DNA of 49,778 nucleotides from a virus (Duplodnaviria; Heunggongvirae; Uroviricota; Caudoviricetes): IMG/VR virus record IMGVR_UViG_2579778554_000010; one strand, 5' to 3'. Shown piece by piece: positions 16,352 to 25,391 of this stretch (position 1 is its first letter; each line of letters starts with the position of its first letter). The notes under the pieces were generated by a model. It saw only the letters and a program-made list of their open reading frames with translations, ran no database searches and was not told where the DNA came from. The position numbers and the translations under genes were made by a program.

Positions 16352-16624
16352 ATGGCGCATAATTTCAAATTTCGCAATTCTGATTCTGCCTTTGCCAGCA
16401 GGCACGGGTGGCGTTCTCACGCATTCAAATATGACTGGTATCAGCACGATCCCTGTACTGAAGAACAGGCCGAATGGCTGATTCATAACTACCGCAGACG
16501 TGGATATGAGTTTAGGAAAGCCCTCACCCTCGATTATCGTCACTGGATAATCTACGTCAGACTCCCTTATTCCGAACGCCCACCGCGTCCGTCCCGCACA
16601 TTCCAGCAACGCATCTGGAGGTAA
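16352..16624 (+). CDS. Hypothetical phage protein, 90 aa
   Basis: ATG MAHNFKF with GGAGATGAC upstream; stop abuts the DUF968 gene start. Confidence 0.45.
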   Translation: MAHNFKFRNSDSAFASRHGWRSHAFKYDWYQHDPCTEEQAEWLIHNYRRRGYEFRKALTLDYRHWIIYVRLPYSERPPRPSRTFQQRIWR

Positions 16625-16625
16625 C

Positions 16626-17672
16626 GTGCGGGTATTACTTCGACCTGTTCTGGTACCGGAACTCGGGCTGGTGATCGTTAAGCCGGGCCGTGAATCCATG
16701 CCGGTATTCCACAATACCCGGGTACTGGTGGAGCCGGAACCGAAAAGCATGCGTAATCTGCCGTCCGGGGTCGTTCCTGCCGTTCGCCAGCCGCTGGCGG
16801 AGGATAAATCATTACTGCCATTTTTCAGCGACGAACGAGTGATTCGTGCTGCTGGTGGCGCTGGCGCATTGTCTGATTGGTTACTGCGCCATGTTAAATC
16901 CTGCCAGTGGCCACACGGCGATTATCACCACAGTGAAACCGTCATTCACCGTTATGGTACCGGCGCAATGGTGTTGTGCTGGCACTGCGACAACCAGCTG
17001 CGCGACCAGACCTCCGAATCACTCGGGCAACTTGCTCACCAAAACCTGTCTGCATGGATGATTGACGTCATACGCCATGCAATGAATGGCTCGCAGGAAC
17101 GGGAATTATCGCTGGCTGAATTATCCTGGTGGGCGGTCCGCAATCAGGTGGCGGACGCGCTACCGGAAGCGGTATTACGTCGTTCGCTGGGGTTGCGTGC
17201 GGAAAAAATCCGCTCAATGTACCGTGAAAGCGACATCGTACCGGGAGAGCAGACCGCCACCAGCATACTGAAGCAGCGCACAAAAAATCTTGCGCCGCTG
17301 CCTCACGCCCACCAGCAAAACCCGCCACAGGAAGAGACGGTGGTCAGCATTGCCGTTGATCCTGAGTCTCCGGAATCTTTCATGAAACGACCTAAACGTC
17401 GCCGCTGGGTTAACGAGAAATACACACGCTGGGTGAAGACACAGCCGTGTGCGTGTTGTGGTAAGCCAGCCGACGATCCCCATCACCTGATTGGTCATGG
17501 TCAGGGCGGAATGGGGACAAAATCTCACGATATTTTCACGCTACCGCTGTGTCGGGAGCATCACAACGAGCTTCATGCGGATCCTCTGGCGTTCGAAGAA
17601 AAGCATGGTTCTCAGGTTGATTTAATTTTTCGTTTTCTTGATCACGCCTTTGCAACTGGCGTGCTTGGGTAA
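16626..17672 (+). CDS. DUF968 family protein (YdfU-like)
   Basis: C-terminal block KRPKRRRWVNEKYTRWVKTQPCACCGKPADDPHHLIGHGQGGMGTKSHDIFTLPLCREHH, typical of the gene upstream of rusA in E. coli lambdoid prophages; GTG start after GGAGG. Confidence 0.7.
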   Translation: MRVLLRPVLVPELGLVIVKPGRESMPVFHNTRVLVEPEPKSMRNLPSGVVPAVRQPLAEDKSLLPFFSDERVIRAAGGAGALSDWLLRHVKSCQWPHGDYHHSETVIHRYGTGAMVLCWHCDNQLRDQTSESLGQLAHQNLSAWMIDVIRHAMNGSQERELSLAELSWWAVRNQVADALPEAVLRRSLGLRAEKIRSMYRESDIVPGEQTATSILKQRTKNLAPLPHAHQQNPPQEETVVSIAVDPESPESFMKRPKRRRWVNEKYTRWVKTQPCACCGKPADDPHHLIGHGQGGMGTKSHDIFTLPLCREHHNELHADPLAFEEKHGSQVDLIFRFLDHAFATGVLG

Positions 17673-17684
17673 AAGAGGTGACTG

Positions 17685-18059
17685 ATGCTCATAGATTTGG
17701 TTTTACCTTACCCGCCGACGGTGAACACTTACTGGCGACGCCGTGGCAGCACATATTTTATCTCGGAGGAGGGAAAGCGTTATCGCCGGGCTGTGGCGCT
17801 TATTGTTCGCCAGCAGCGGCTGAAATTAAGCCTGTCCGGAAGGCTGGCGATAAAGGTGATTGCAGAGCCACCGGATAAGCGTCGTCGCGACCTGGACAAT
17901 ATCCTGAAAGCACCGCTGGATGCGCTGACGCATGCGGGAGTGTTAATGGACGATGAGCAGTTTGATGAAATCAATATCGTTCGTGGTCAGCCAGTATCTG
18001 GTGGACGTATGGGGGTGAAGATTTACCCCATAATGCATGAAGAGCAGGTCAAAAAATGA
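17685..18059 (+). CDS. rusA: Holliday junction resolvase RusA
   Basis: N-terminus MLIDLVLPYPPTVNTYW and size (124 aa) match the RusA family; sits just upstream of Q. Confidence 0.8.
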   Translation: MLIDLVLPYPPTVNTYWRRRGSTYFISEEGKRYRRAVALIVRQQRLKLSLSGRLAIKVIAEPPDKRRRDLDNILKAPLDALTHAGVLMDDEQFDEINIVRGQPVSGGRMGVKIYPIMHEEQVKK

Positions 18060-18877
18060 AACTGGAAGATTTACCGAAATACTACTCCCCAAAATCCCCT
18101 GGCCTGACCGATGCATCGGCCTCAACGTCAAAAGATGCGCTGAGTATCACTGATGTGATGGCCGCGCAGGGCATGACACAGAATCGGGCTGAGATGGGGT
18201 TTTCTGCGTTCCTGGGGAAAATGGGCATCAGTATGAATGACAGGGCGCGGGCAACAGAATTACTGGCAGATTATGCACTCAGTCGGTGCGATCGTGTGGC
18301 GGCGTTGAGAAAACTTCCGGCAGAAATAAAACCGGTAGTGATGCGCATTATGGCTTCGTATGCGTTTGAAGATTATGCCCGTAGCGCGGCGAGCAAAAAA
18401 CAGTGCCCCTGCTGTCACGGAAAAAAATTTATTGAAAGCGAGGTTTTTACAAACAAGATCCAGTATCCGGATGGTAAGCCACCAGTGTGGGCAAAGTGCA
18501 CAAAAGGCGTGTATCCGTCTTACTGGGAAGAATGGAAAAAAGTCAGGGAGGTGGTAAAAGTTGCCTGTCCGGAGTGTGGCGGAAAGGGTGAGGTTTCCAC
18601 CGCCTGTAAGGATTGCCGTGGGCGTGGTGTCGCCATTCATCGTGAAGAGTCGGTAAAACGTGGTATGCCTGTTATCAGAGATTGCCAGCGTTGTGGTGGT
18701 CGTGGCTGTGAAAGGCTGCCATCAACGGAGGCATTTAATGCCATATGCAAAGTGACGAGTGCTATCACGCTTGATACGTGGAAAAAATCAGTGAAACGCT
18801 TTTACGATACGTTGGTGGTTCGGTTTGACATTGAAGAGGCATGGGCGGAGCGGCAGTTAAAGAGGGTAACGCGATAG
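18056..18877 (+). CDS. Late antitermination protein Q (Qin QuuQ-like, with DnaJ-like zinc-finger repeats)
   Basis: 273 aa with four CxxCxGxG repeats (CPCCHGKK, CPECGGKG, CKDCRGRG, CQRCGGRG); position immediately before the late promoter region. Confidence 0.7.
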   Translation: MKLEDLPKYYSPKSPGLTDASASTSKDALSITDVMAAQGMTQNRAEMGFSAFLGKMGISMNDRARATELLADYALSRCDRVAALRKLPAEIKPVVMRIMASYAFEDYARSAASKKQCPCCHGKKFIESEVFTNKIQYPDGKPPVWAKCTKGVYPSYWEEWKKVREVVKVACPECGGKGEVSTACKDCRGRGVAIHREESVKRGMPVIRDCQRCGGRGCERLPSTEAFNAICKVTSAITLDTWKKSVKRFYDTLVVRFDIEEAWAERQLKRVTR

Positions 18878-18882
18878 TGTTG

Positions 18883-18911
18883 TTGATTTTTCCCGAATCT
18901 GTGGTAAATTT
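18883..18911 (+). promoter_or_regulatory. Candidate late promoter pR' (qut region)
   Basis: TTGATT, 17-bp spacer, AAATTT, directly downstream of Q; assignment by position. Confidence 0.35.
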
Positions 18912-18956
18912 GCTCTAACGATGGGCGTTTTATGCCTGACGTTAGAAGATTTTTTA

Positions 18957-18982
18957 CACCCCGCCGCCTGGCGGGTTTTTTA
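18957..18982 (+). terminator. Candidate tR' intrinsic terminator
   Basis: CCCGCC-GCCT-GGCGGG hairpin followed by TTTTTT, about 50 nt downstream of the putative pR'. Confidence 0.6.
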
Positions 18983-19103
18983 TGACTGAAATCGCGTCAG
19001 TACAGTAAACGCGCTGGTGGCGGTGAATACCTGTCTTTCAGCTTGCTGGCTTTTTCGACAAGAGTTATTGGTGTGTCACGTTAACCGGAAAAGGGAAAAA
19101 GAC

Positions 19104-19301
19104 ATGCTAAAACAGCAGGATATGACAGAAACCGCCAGAGTGGTGTTTAATGAATTAAGCGTTACCGAACCGGCGACAGTCGGGGAGATAGCGCAGAATA
19201 CTTACCTTTCACGCGAACGCTGCCAGTTAATACTGACCCAGCTGGTTATGGCGGGTCTGGCAGACTATCAGTTTGGTTGTTACAGACGCCTTCAGTCCTG
19301 A
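19104..19301 (+). CDS. Small putative DNA-binding protein, 65 aa
   Basis: ATG with AAGGGAAAAAG upstream; followed by a terminator hairpin. Confidence 0.45.
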   Translation: MLKQQDMTETARVVFNELSVTEPATVGEIAQNTYLSRERCQLILTQLVMAGLADYQFGCYRRLQS

Positions 19302-19308
19302 AGGCTTT
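19283..19308 (+). terminator. Intrinsic terminator
   Basis: GCCTTCAG-TCC-TGAAGGC hairpin followed by TTTTTTAT. Confidence 0.6.
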
Positions 19309-19451
19309 TTTATTTGTGGTAAATGGGCGGCTGGTGGGTGTTAGGGGCACTCACCAGCCATCTGCTCATGCGTCTGGATCACAAGCAAACCTCAGGCCCA
19401 CTGCTTTGCGCAAAAGCAGAATGAGCCTATCAGAGACAGGTTTAATGATCC

Positions 19452-20510
19452 ATGCTTAATACTGTAAAAATATCCAGTTGTGAGTTAATCAACGCCGACT
19501 GCCTGGAATTTATCCGGTCGTTACCCGAAAATTCTGTTGACCTGATAGTCACGGACCCGCCGTACTTTAAAGTGAAGCCTGAGGGCTGGGATAACCAGTG
19601 GAAGGGCGACGATGATTACCTGAAGTGGCTGGACCAGTGTCTGGCGCAGTTCTGGCGGGTGCTGAAACCTGCCGGAAGTCTTTACCTGTTCTGTGGTCAT
19701 CGCCTGGCATCTGATATCGAAATCATGATGCGTGAACGCTTCAGTGTGCTGAACCATATTATCTGGGCAAAGCCGTCCGGACGCTGGAACGGGTGCAACA
19801 AGGAAAGCCTGCGGGCGTATTTCCCCGCCACAGAGCGCATTCTGTTCGCGGAACATTATCAGGGGCCGTATCGTCCGAAAGATGCCGGGTATGAGGCGAA
19901 GGGCAGGGCACTGAAACAGCATGTGATGGCCCCGCTGATTGCTTACTTTCGTGATGCGCGCGCTGCCCTGGGGATAACGGCAAAACAGATAGTGGATGCC
20001 ACAGGAAAGAAAAACATGGTGTCGCACTGGTTCAGTGCCAGTCAGTGGCAGCTGCCGAACGAAAGTGATTATCTGAAATTACAGGCGCTGTTTGCCCGGG
20101 TGGCAGAAGAGAAGCATCAGCGGGGTGAACTGGAAAAGCCCCACCACCAGCTGCTGGAGACGTATACTTCACTGAACCGGCAGTATGCGGAACTGCAGAG
20201 TGAATATAAGCATCTGCGGCGGTATTTTGGCGTGACGGCGCAGGTGCCGTACACGGATGTGTGGACGCATAAACCGGTGCAGTACTATCCCGGGAAACAT
20301 CCGTGCGAAAAACCGGCAGAAATGCTGCAGCAGATAATCAGTGCGAGCAGTCGTCCGGGTGACCTGGTTGCAGATTTCTTCATGGGGTCGGGTTCGACAG
20401 TCAAAGCCGCGATGGCGCTGGGGCGTCGTGCTACAGGCGTTGAGCTGGAGACTGAACGTTTTGAACAGACGGTCAGGGAAGTTCAGGATTTAGCCAGTCA
20501 GAACGGATGA
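19452..20510 (+). CDS. DNA methyltransferase (N6-adenine/N4-cytosine class, beta-type motif order), orphan
   Basis: DPPY catalytic motif near the N-terminus (LIVTDPPYF) and FxGxG AdoMet motif near the C-terminus (FFMGSGST); no adjacent restriction endonuclease gene seen. Confidence 0.8.
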   Translation: MLNTVKISSCELINADCLEFIRSLPENSVDLIVTDPPYFKVKPEGWDNQWKGDDDYLKWLDQCLAQFWRVLKPAGSLYLFCGHRLASDIEIMMRERFSVLNHIIWAKPSGRWNGCNKESLRAYFPATERILFAEHYQGPYRPKDAGYEAKGRALKQHVMAPLIAYFRDARAALGITAKQIVDATGKKNMVSHWFSASQWQLPNESDYLKLQALFARVAEEKHQRGELEKPHHQLLETYTSLNRQYAELQSEYKHLRRYFGVTAQVPYTDVWTHKPVQYYPGKHPCEKPAEMLQQIISASSRPGDLVADFFMGSGSTVKAAMALGRRATGVELETERFEQTVREVQDLASQNG

Positions 20511-20550
20511 TATTGCAGGATTAGTTACGTACCGTTATTATCCTGCGCCC

Positions 20551-20626
20551 GGCCCTTTAGCTCAGTGGTGAGAGCGAGCGACTCATAATCGCCAGGTCGC
20601 TGGTTCAAATCCAGCAAGGGCCACCA
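20551..20626 (+). tRNA. tRNA with CAU anticodon (Ile2/Met type, ileZ-like)
   Basis: Hand-folded cloverleaf: acceptor GGCCCTT/AAGGGCC, D-arm AGCTCAGTGG, anticodon loop CTCATAA, 3' CCA. Confidence 0.8.
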
Positions 20627-20635
20627 TATCACATA

Positions 20636-20712
20636 CCGCCATTAGCTCATCGGGATAGAGCGCCAGCCTTCGAAGCTGGTTGCGCGGGGTTCGAGTCCTC
20701 GATGGCGGTCCA
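20636..20712 (+). tRNA. tRNA-Arg (UCG anticodon)
   Basis: Acceptor CCGCCAT/ATGGCGG, anticodon stem CCAGC/GCTGG with loop CTTCGAA, 3' CCA. Confidence 0.75.
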
Positions 20713-20726
20713 TTTATCGGCATTCT

Positions 20727-20803
20727 GCGTTGTTAGCTCAGCCGGACAGAGCAATTGCCTTCTAAGCAATCGGTCACTGGTTCGAATCCAGTACAACGCG
20801 CCA
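20727..20803 (+). tRNA. tRNA-Arg (UCU anticodon)
   Basis: Acceptor GCGTTGT/ACAACGC, anticodon loop CTTCTAA, T-loop GGTTCGAATCC, 3' CCA. Confidence 0.8.
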
Positions 20804-20973
20804 GACTTATTTTTCCCGGCTCGCTTTTGCGGGCCTTTTTTGTATCCGCGCCACGCCCGGCGCATATCAACCACAGAGCCTTTCGGGGGTGAGCTTACGG
20901 AGTGGTCAGTGTGACTTTCTCTGTGGGCAGATCGCTCCCGGGCGTTGGCTCACCCACCCAAAGGAACGTCACA

Positions 20974-21405
20974 ATGCTTGGAATCTTCAAAAAGAAAACC
21001 CGCAGAGCGTCTGCGGAAATTAAAAAGTTTGAAAAACGCGATCTGGCACAGGCAGTGATTAACGCTGCATACCTGGTGGCTTATGCCGATGGTGAATGTG
21101 AGGCTTCCGAGAAAGCGAAGATCGAACAGGTATTACGTAACCAGCCCACCTTGTCCGCGTTTACGTCAGAAATTAATGCGATTAGCGCAACCATTATCGG
21201 TCAGCTGGATACGAACTTTAAAATTGGTCGTCGTGCGGCGTTACGTGAGATCGAGGATGTGAAACACGATACGCGTGAAGCGGAAGACGTGCTGGATGTG
21301 GCGGTGGCCATTGCCGAAGCAGACGGCGAAATAGAGCCGGAAGAGCGCAAGGTGCTGGAAGAGATTGCCGGTGTTCTGGGCCTTCGTCTGGAGAATCATC
21401 TGTGA
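20974..21405 (+). CDS. TerB-like domain protein, 143 aa
   Basis: Motifs AAYLVAYADGECEASEKAKI and VAVAIAEADGEIEPEERKVLEEIAGVLGL resemble the tellurite-resistance TerB fold; start at the internal ATG (MLGIFKKK). Confidence 0.55.
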   Translation: MLGIFKKKTRRASAEIKKFEKRDLAQAVINAAYLVAYADGECEASEKAKIEQVLRNQPTLSAFTSEINAISATIIGQLDTNFKIGRRAALREIEDVKHDTREAEDVLDVAVAIAEADGEIEPEERKVLEEIAGVLGLRLENHL

Positions 21406-21413
21406 CGGTAAAA

Positions 21414-21566
21414 ATGCGTCTGGCTGTGGTTGCGCTCCTGCTGTTTCTGGTGGTGATGGTGGACTTCAGCAGCCGGATAATGTCAGTGCTGGCTGACGGT
21501 GTGCTGGTGGCGGGTGTGGTGGTTGTTGCTTTCCCGTTGCTGAAAAAGAAAGCATCAGGCGATTAG
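21414..21566 (+). CDS. Small hydrophobic membrane protein, 50 aa
   Basis: Hand translation MRLAVVALLLFLVVMVDFSSRIMSVLADGVLVAGVVVVAFPLLKKKASGD; follows the TerB-like gene. Confidence 0.4.
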   Translation: MRLAVVALLLFLVVMVDFSSRIMSVLADGVLVAGVVVVAFPLLKKKASGD

Positions 21567-21601
21567 CAGGGTATCAGTTACCCGTTGAAATTTTTAAATA
21601 C

Positions 21602-21835
21602 CTCACAATTCAGGCGGTTGACTGTTGTCTGGTTTGCGGGGAGTTTGTTAAAAGAAACTGGCATGGTGAATCCCCCTGTGCGGAGGGGCAATCAGCAACT
21701 GGTGTTTTGTCACCGACCCTTATCCTTTCTGTGCGGGTTCAGGTGCTGATACTGAACTCACCGGGAGGCACCCGGCACCATGCAATGGCACATAGTGCCA
21801 CTCTCCAGCCCCTCTCCGGAGGGGCTTTTCTGTGC
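21602..21835 (+). repeat. Non-coding module copy 1, ending in a strong intrinsic terminator (21807-21830)
   Basis: Shares ordered blocks with copy 2: CTCACAATTCAG..TTGAC, TGGTGAATCCCCCTG-GCGGAGGGGC, CTGAACTCACCGGGAGGCACCCGGCACCATG, AGCCCCTCTCCGGAGGGGCTTT. Confidence 0.7.
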
Positions 21836-22084
21836 CGGATACATCACAGTTTCTGGAACCTTAGGTACTACAGTATCAGTCAGGGTGCTATATTTTCAGA
21901 TGTGATGAAAGCCTGTCAGCAGGCAGGGCGTATCGGAAATGACCCAGTAGAGAAAACGTTGACTCAGATACCGGTGCTGAGTTACCGGGAAACCGGCATC
22001 ACATGACCGCTATCCTTCCAGGCCCATCCGCTCCGGTGGGCCTTTTTACTGCAGAAAACAGGTTCCCCGTTAAATGCTATGTTG

Positions 22085-22320
22085 CTCACAATTCAGTAAG
22101 TTGACAGTTGCCTGTCAGACTGGGCATTTGTTAAAAAAATTTCGCATGGTGAATCCCCCTGAGCGGAGGGGCGACTGGTGACGGTATAATCTCTGATTAT
22201 CAAAACGAGAATGACGCGGGTTTAGTGGCACCGGGCTGAACTCACCGGGAGGCACCCGGCACCATGTGCATGATGATACAGATACGCGGCTTTAGCCCCT
22301 CTCCGGAGGGGCTTTCTTGT
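22085..22320 (+). repeat. Non-coding module copy 2, ending in a strong intrinsic terminator (22294-22318); contains TATAAT at 22185-22190
   Basis: Same ordered conserved blocks as copy 1, with a divergent middle. Confidence 0.7.
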
Positions 22321-22531
22321 GGGCAAAAAAAGCCCGAGTGGGTTCGGGCAACAGCATGAGATATACATTTTTATAATCGAATGGATTTTAACCAGAATTC
22401 ATAAGGCTGCGCAACTGCGCGGTCTTTTTCGAATTGCGGGCTGTCGTCTCTCTTCTGCCATTGTCCTGTAACTTCCGGACTTCAGCCCGCTCCTTATTTT
22501 ACTCACAATATTATCCCGGCCGGGAGGATTC

Positions 22532-24493
22532 ATGGCATTTAAACACTATGATGTTGTCAGGGCGGCATCGCCGTCAGACCTTGCGAAACGACTGACACAA
22601 AAACTGAAGGAGGGGTGGCAGCCATTTGGCAGTCCGGTGGCCATCACGCCTTATACCCTGATGCAGGCCATTGCGGCGGAAGGTGATGTCACCACACCTG
22701 TGGTGGTGAAGCCGTCGGATGGAGAAGGCGCAGTTATCAGCACCACCAGCAACCCGGAGTATTACTTTGTTGTTGCCCTGGCCGGGCAGTCAAACGGTAT
22801 GGCGTATGGTGAAGGGCTTCCGCTGCCGGAGACATATGACCGTCCGGACCCGCGTATTAAACAGCTGGCGCGTCGCAGCACTGTCACGCCGGGTGGTGCG
22901 TCCTGTAACTACAATGACATTATTCCTGCGGACCACTGCCTGCATGATGTTCAGGATTTGAGTAAGTTTTCACACCCGAAAGCCAGCGCAGCTCAGTATG
23001 GATGCGTGGGGCAGGGATTACATATCGCGAAGAAATTGTTGCCGTTTATTCCGGCGAATGCCGGTATTCTTCTGGTTCCGTGCTGCCGTGGTGGTTCTGC
23101 ATTTTTGGCGGGCGATGAAGGTACCTTCAGCGAATCCACCGGCGCAAGCGAGACCTCGGCACGCTGGGGTGTAGATAAGCCACTGTACAAGGACCTGCTT
23201 ACCCGTACTCAGGCCGCACTGAAGGCCAACCCTAAAAATATTCTGCTTGCAGTGGTCTGGATGCAGGGCGAGTTTGATTTGAAACAGGGTGCATACGCCA
23301 CTCAGCCGGGGCTGTTTGATTCCATGGTGGAAAAATATCGTTCTGACCTGTCGGAATTCGGAGGTCAGTGTCTCGGGGGCTCTCCGTCATCGGTTCCCTG
23401 GATTTGTGGCGACACGACCTACTACTGGAAGCAGACTTATTCTTCGCAATACGATGCGGTGTATGGTGCATACAAGACGAAATCCGCAAAAAAAATCTTC
23501 TTTGTGCCGTTTATGACGGATGAAAACGGGCGAAATGTGGGTACCAACGAGCCGTCAGAAGATCCGGATGTTGCGGATATTGGGTATTACGGAGCCGGTG
23601 GTCGAACGGACGCCAAAACCTGGACGACGGCCGACCGTAAAACGCATTTTGGATCATGGGCACGTCGTGGGATTATTTCCGACCGTCTGGCAACGGCGAT
23701 TCTTGTGCATGCCGGGAGAAACGCTGAATTCATTACCGGAAAACAGCCTGATACGGTGAAGCCCACCGGACCTTCCGGTGAAGGTACGGAGAGAGAGCCG
23801 GAAGCCCCGGTCAGTAACCGAACCCTGATGAGTCTGCTGGCGTCCGGCGAAGACCTGGCATCACAGGGCTGGCGCTATTATCACAAACCGGCGAGCGGAG
23901 ACAATGTTAACAAAAACATTGCTGAAGCGGTGGTCAGTGATGCGGGGGCTACGGGAGGTAAGGCCCTGCAACTGAATAAACCGGAAAACCACATCTGGTT
24001 TCTGGAGCATGATGCAGCCGGACAGGGAGTGGAGTTACTGAAGAAGGGGGGACGTGTGAGCGTACGGTTTAAGTTGCCGGGTTCACTGGTGCCGAATCAG
24101 TTTGCCCTGGGCATTTACTGGCAGTTGTCGTCCCTGCCGGAGGGAGTGACGCTGGCAGAGGAAGGCAACGACATGCTGATGTCCTTCTTCCTGCAGACGG
24201 ATGCGACGAACCTGAACGCGATGCACCACAAGAAGCCGAATGCGAAGCTGGATACGTTCGGGGTCTTTGATAACGGATGGCACACACTGGCTTTTGAGTT
24301 TGCCGGAAACAACAGCATTCAGGTGACGCCGGTACTGGATGAGAAACGGGGGACGCCGTTCACACTGGTGAAATCTCCGGCATCAGGGGCGGCGGACAAA
24401 CTGCAACTGACAGGCATATCAAAGGCGGCGACATATACGCTGCTGATTGACAGTGTGAAGGTGGAAGTGAACAACGCGGACATCGCGGCATGA
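22532..24493 (+). CDS. Prophage sialate O-acetylesterase (NanS-p-like: DUF1737 N-terminus plus SGNH/SASA esterase domain)
   Basis: N-terminus MAFKHYDVVRAASPSDLAKRLTQKLKEGWQPFG and esterase motif VVALAGQSNGMAYGEG; this family sits downstream of stx in Shiga-toxin phages. Confidence 0.75.
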   Translation: MAFKHYDVVRAASPSDLAKRLTQKLKEGWQPFGSPVAITPYTLMQAIAAEGDVTTPVVVKPSDGEGAVISTTSNPEYYFVVALAGQSNGMAYGEGLPLPETYDRPDPRIKQLARRSTVTPGGASCNYNDIIPADHCLHDVQDLSKFSHPKASAAQYGCVGQGLHIAKKLLPFIPANAGILLVPCCRGGSAFLAGDEGTFSESTGASETSARWGVDKPLYKDLLTRTQAALKANPKNILLAVVWMQGEFDLKQGAYATQPGLFDSMVEKYRSDLSEFGGQCLGGSPSSVPWICGDTTYYWKQTYSSQYDAVYGAYKTKSAKKIFFVPFMTDENGRNVGTNEPSEDPDVADIGYYGAGGRTDAKTWTTADRKTHFGSWARRGIISDRLATAILVHAGRNAEFITGKQPDTVKPTGPSGEGTEREPEAPVSNRTLMSLLASGEDLASQGWRYYHKPASGDNVNKNIAEAVVSDAGATGGKALQLNKPENHIWFLEHDAAGQGVELLKKGGRVSVRFKLPGSLVPNQFALGIYWQLSSLPEGVTLAEEGNDMLMSFFLQTDATNLNAMHHKKPNAKLDTFGVFDNGWHTLAFEFAGNNSIQVTPVLDEKRGTPFTLVKSPASGAADKLQLTGISKAATYTLLIDSVKVEVNNADIAA

Positions 24494-24629
24494 TAAAAAA
24501 AGCCGCCAGCGGCAGGAATGGAAGCTGGCGGAGGTAATCCCAATGGAGAATGTAAAGAAAAGATGCTTTCGACATCAATCATTTCTAAATGAAAACAGTT
24601 CTCATTGTCAACCATAACGGTAAGAAATT

Positions 24630-24812
24630 ATGACATTTATTCATCAGGTAATGCTGTACTTCTGTATGGCAGTCTGTGTTATGTATCTTCTTTCGGGTGG
24701 GTACAGGGCAGTGCGCGATTTCTGGCGCAGGCAGATTGATAAAAGGGCCGCTGAGAGAATCAGCGCCAGTCAGTCAGCCGGAAGCAAACCCGAAGATCCG
24801 CTCATTCCGTAG
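24630..24812 (+). CDS. Possible small membrane protein, 60 aa
   Basis: ORF with a hydrophobic N-terminus; coding status uncertain. Confidence 0.25.
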   Translation: MTFIHQVMLYFCMAVCVMYLLSGGYRAVRDFWRRQIDKRAAERISASQSAGSKPEDPLIP

Positions 24813-24849
24813 TCACTTTCTTGACAACACCTTTCAACGAGAAAATCCC

Positions 24850-25095
24850 ATGTCAGAAATCACATCCCTGGTCACTGCTGAGGCAGTGAAGGAAGTCCTG
24901 CGCTCTGAAGAAGTCCTGAGCGCACTGAAACAGAAACTCCGCCAGAACCTTGAGTCGCGTCTTGATGCAGAAGTGGATGCCATTCTGGATGAGCTGCTGG
25001 GCGTACCAGCGGTTCCGGAGCCGGAAGGTATCGCGGGTGACGGGAGTGCTTCAGATGGCGGTGAACCCACACCTGACAGCGACATGATGATGTAA
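24850..25095 (+). CDS. Hypothetical acidic protein, 81 aa, upstream of holin
   Basis: Internal ATG (MSEITSLV) of the track ORF. Confidence 0.45.
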   Translation: MSEITSLVTAEAVKEVLRSEEVLSALKQKLRQNLESRLDAEVDAILDELLGVPAVPEPEGIAGDGSASDGGEPTPDSDMMM

Positions 25096-25170
25096 GCCTG
25101 CGCAAGGGACCATCGGTGTGTGCCGGTGGTCTTTATATTGTTGTGAGCTTCCGGATAACGGGAGACGGGG

Positions 25171-25387
25171 TATGTACCAGATGGAAAAAATCACAACAGG
25201 TGTGTCATACACCACGTCAGCGGTGGGAACGGGCTACTGGTTCCTGCAGTTGCTGGACAGGGTTTCCCCGTCTCAGTGGGCGGCAATAGGCGTGCTGGGG
25301 AGTCTGCTGTTTGGGCTGCTGACATATCTGACTAACCTGTATTTCAAAATCAGAGAGGACCGGCGTAAGGCGGCGCGGGGAGAGTAA
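25171..25387 (+). CDS. S: Holin (phage 21 S-like, class II pinholin type)
   Basis: [13 protein letters not shown]...[36 protein letters not shown] closely resembles S21; possible dual start (MYQ / MEK). Confidence 0.85.
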
Positions 25388-25391
25388 AGCG

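Noticed and set aside
21707-22006. 99-aa plus-strand ORF within repeat module 1
   Set aside because: Spans the terminator hairpin and shared repeat blocks; copy 2 has no equivalent ORF, so the conserved element is more likely RNA or DNA structure.
20804-22531. Shiga toxin genes stxA/stxB
   Set aside because: Searched for a roughly 315-aa A-subunit ORF and 89-aa B-subunit ORF downstream of the tRNA triplet; only the TerB-like gene, a small hydrophobic ORF and non-coding repeats are present.
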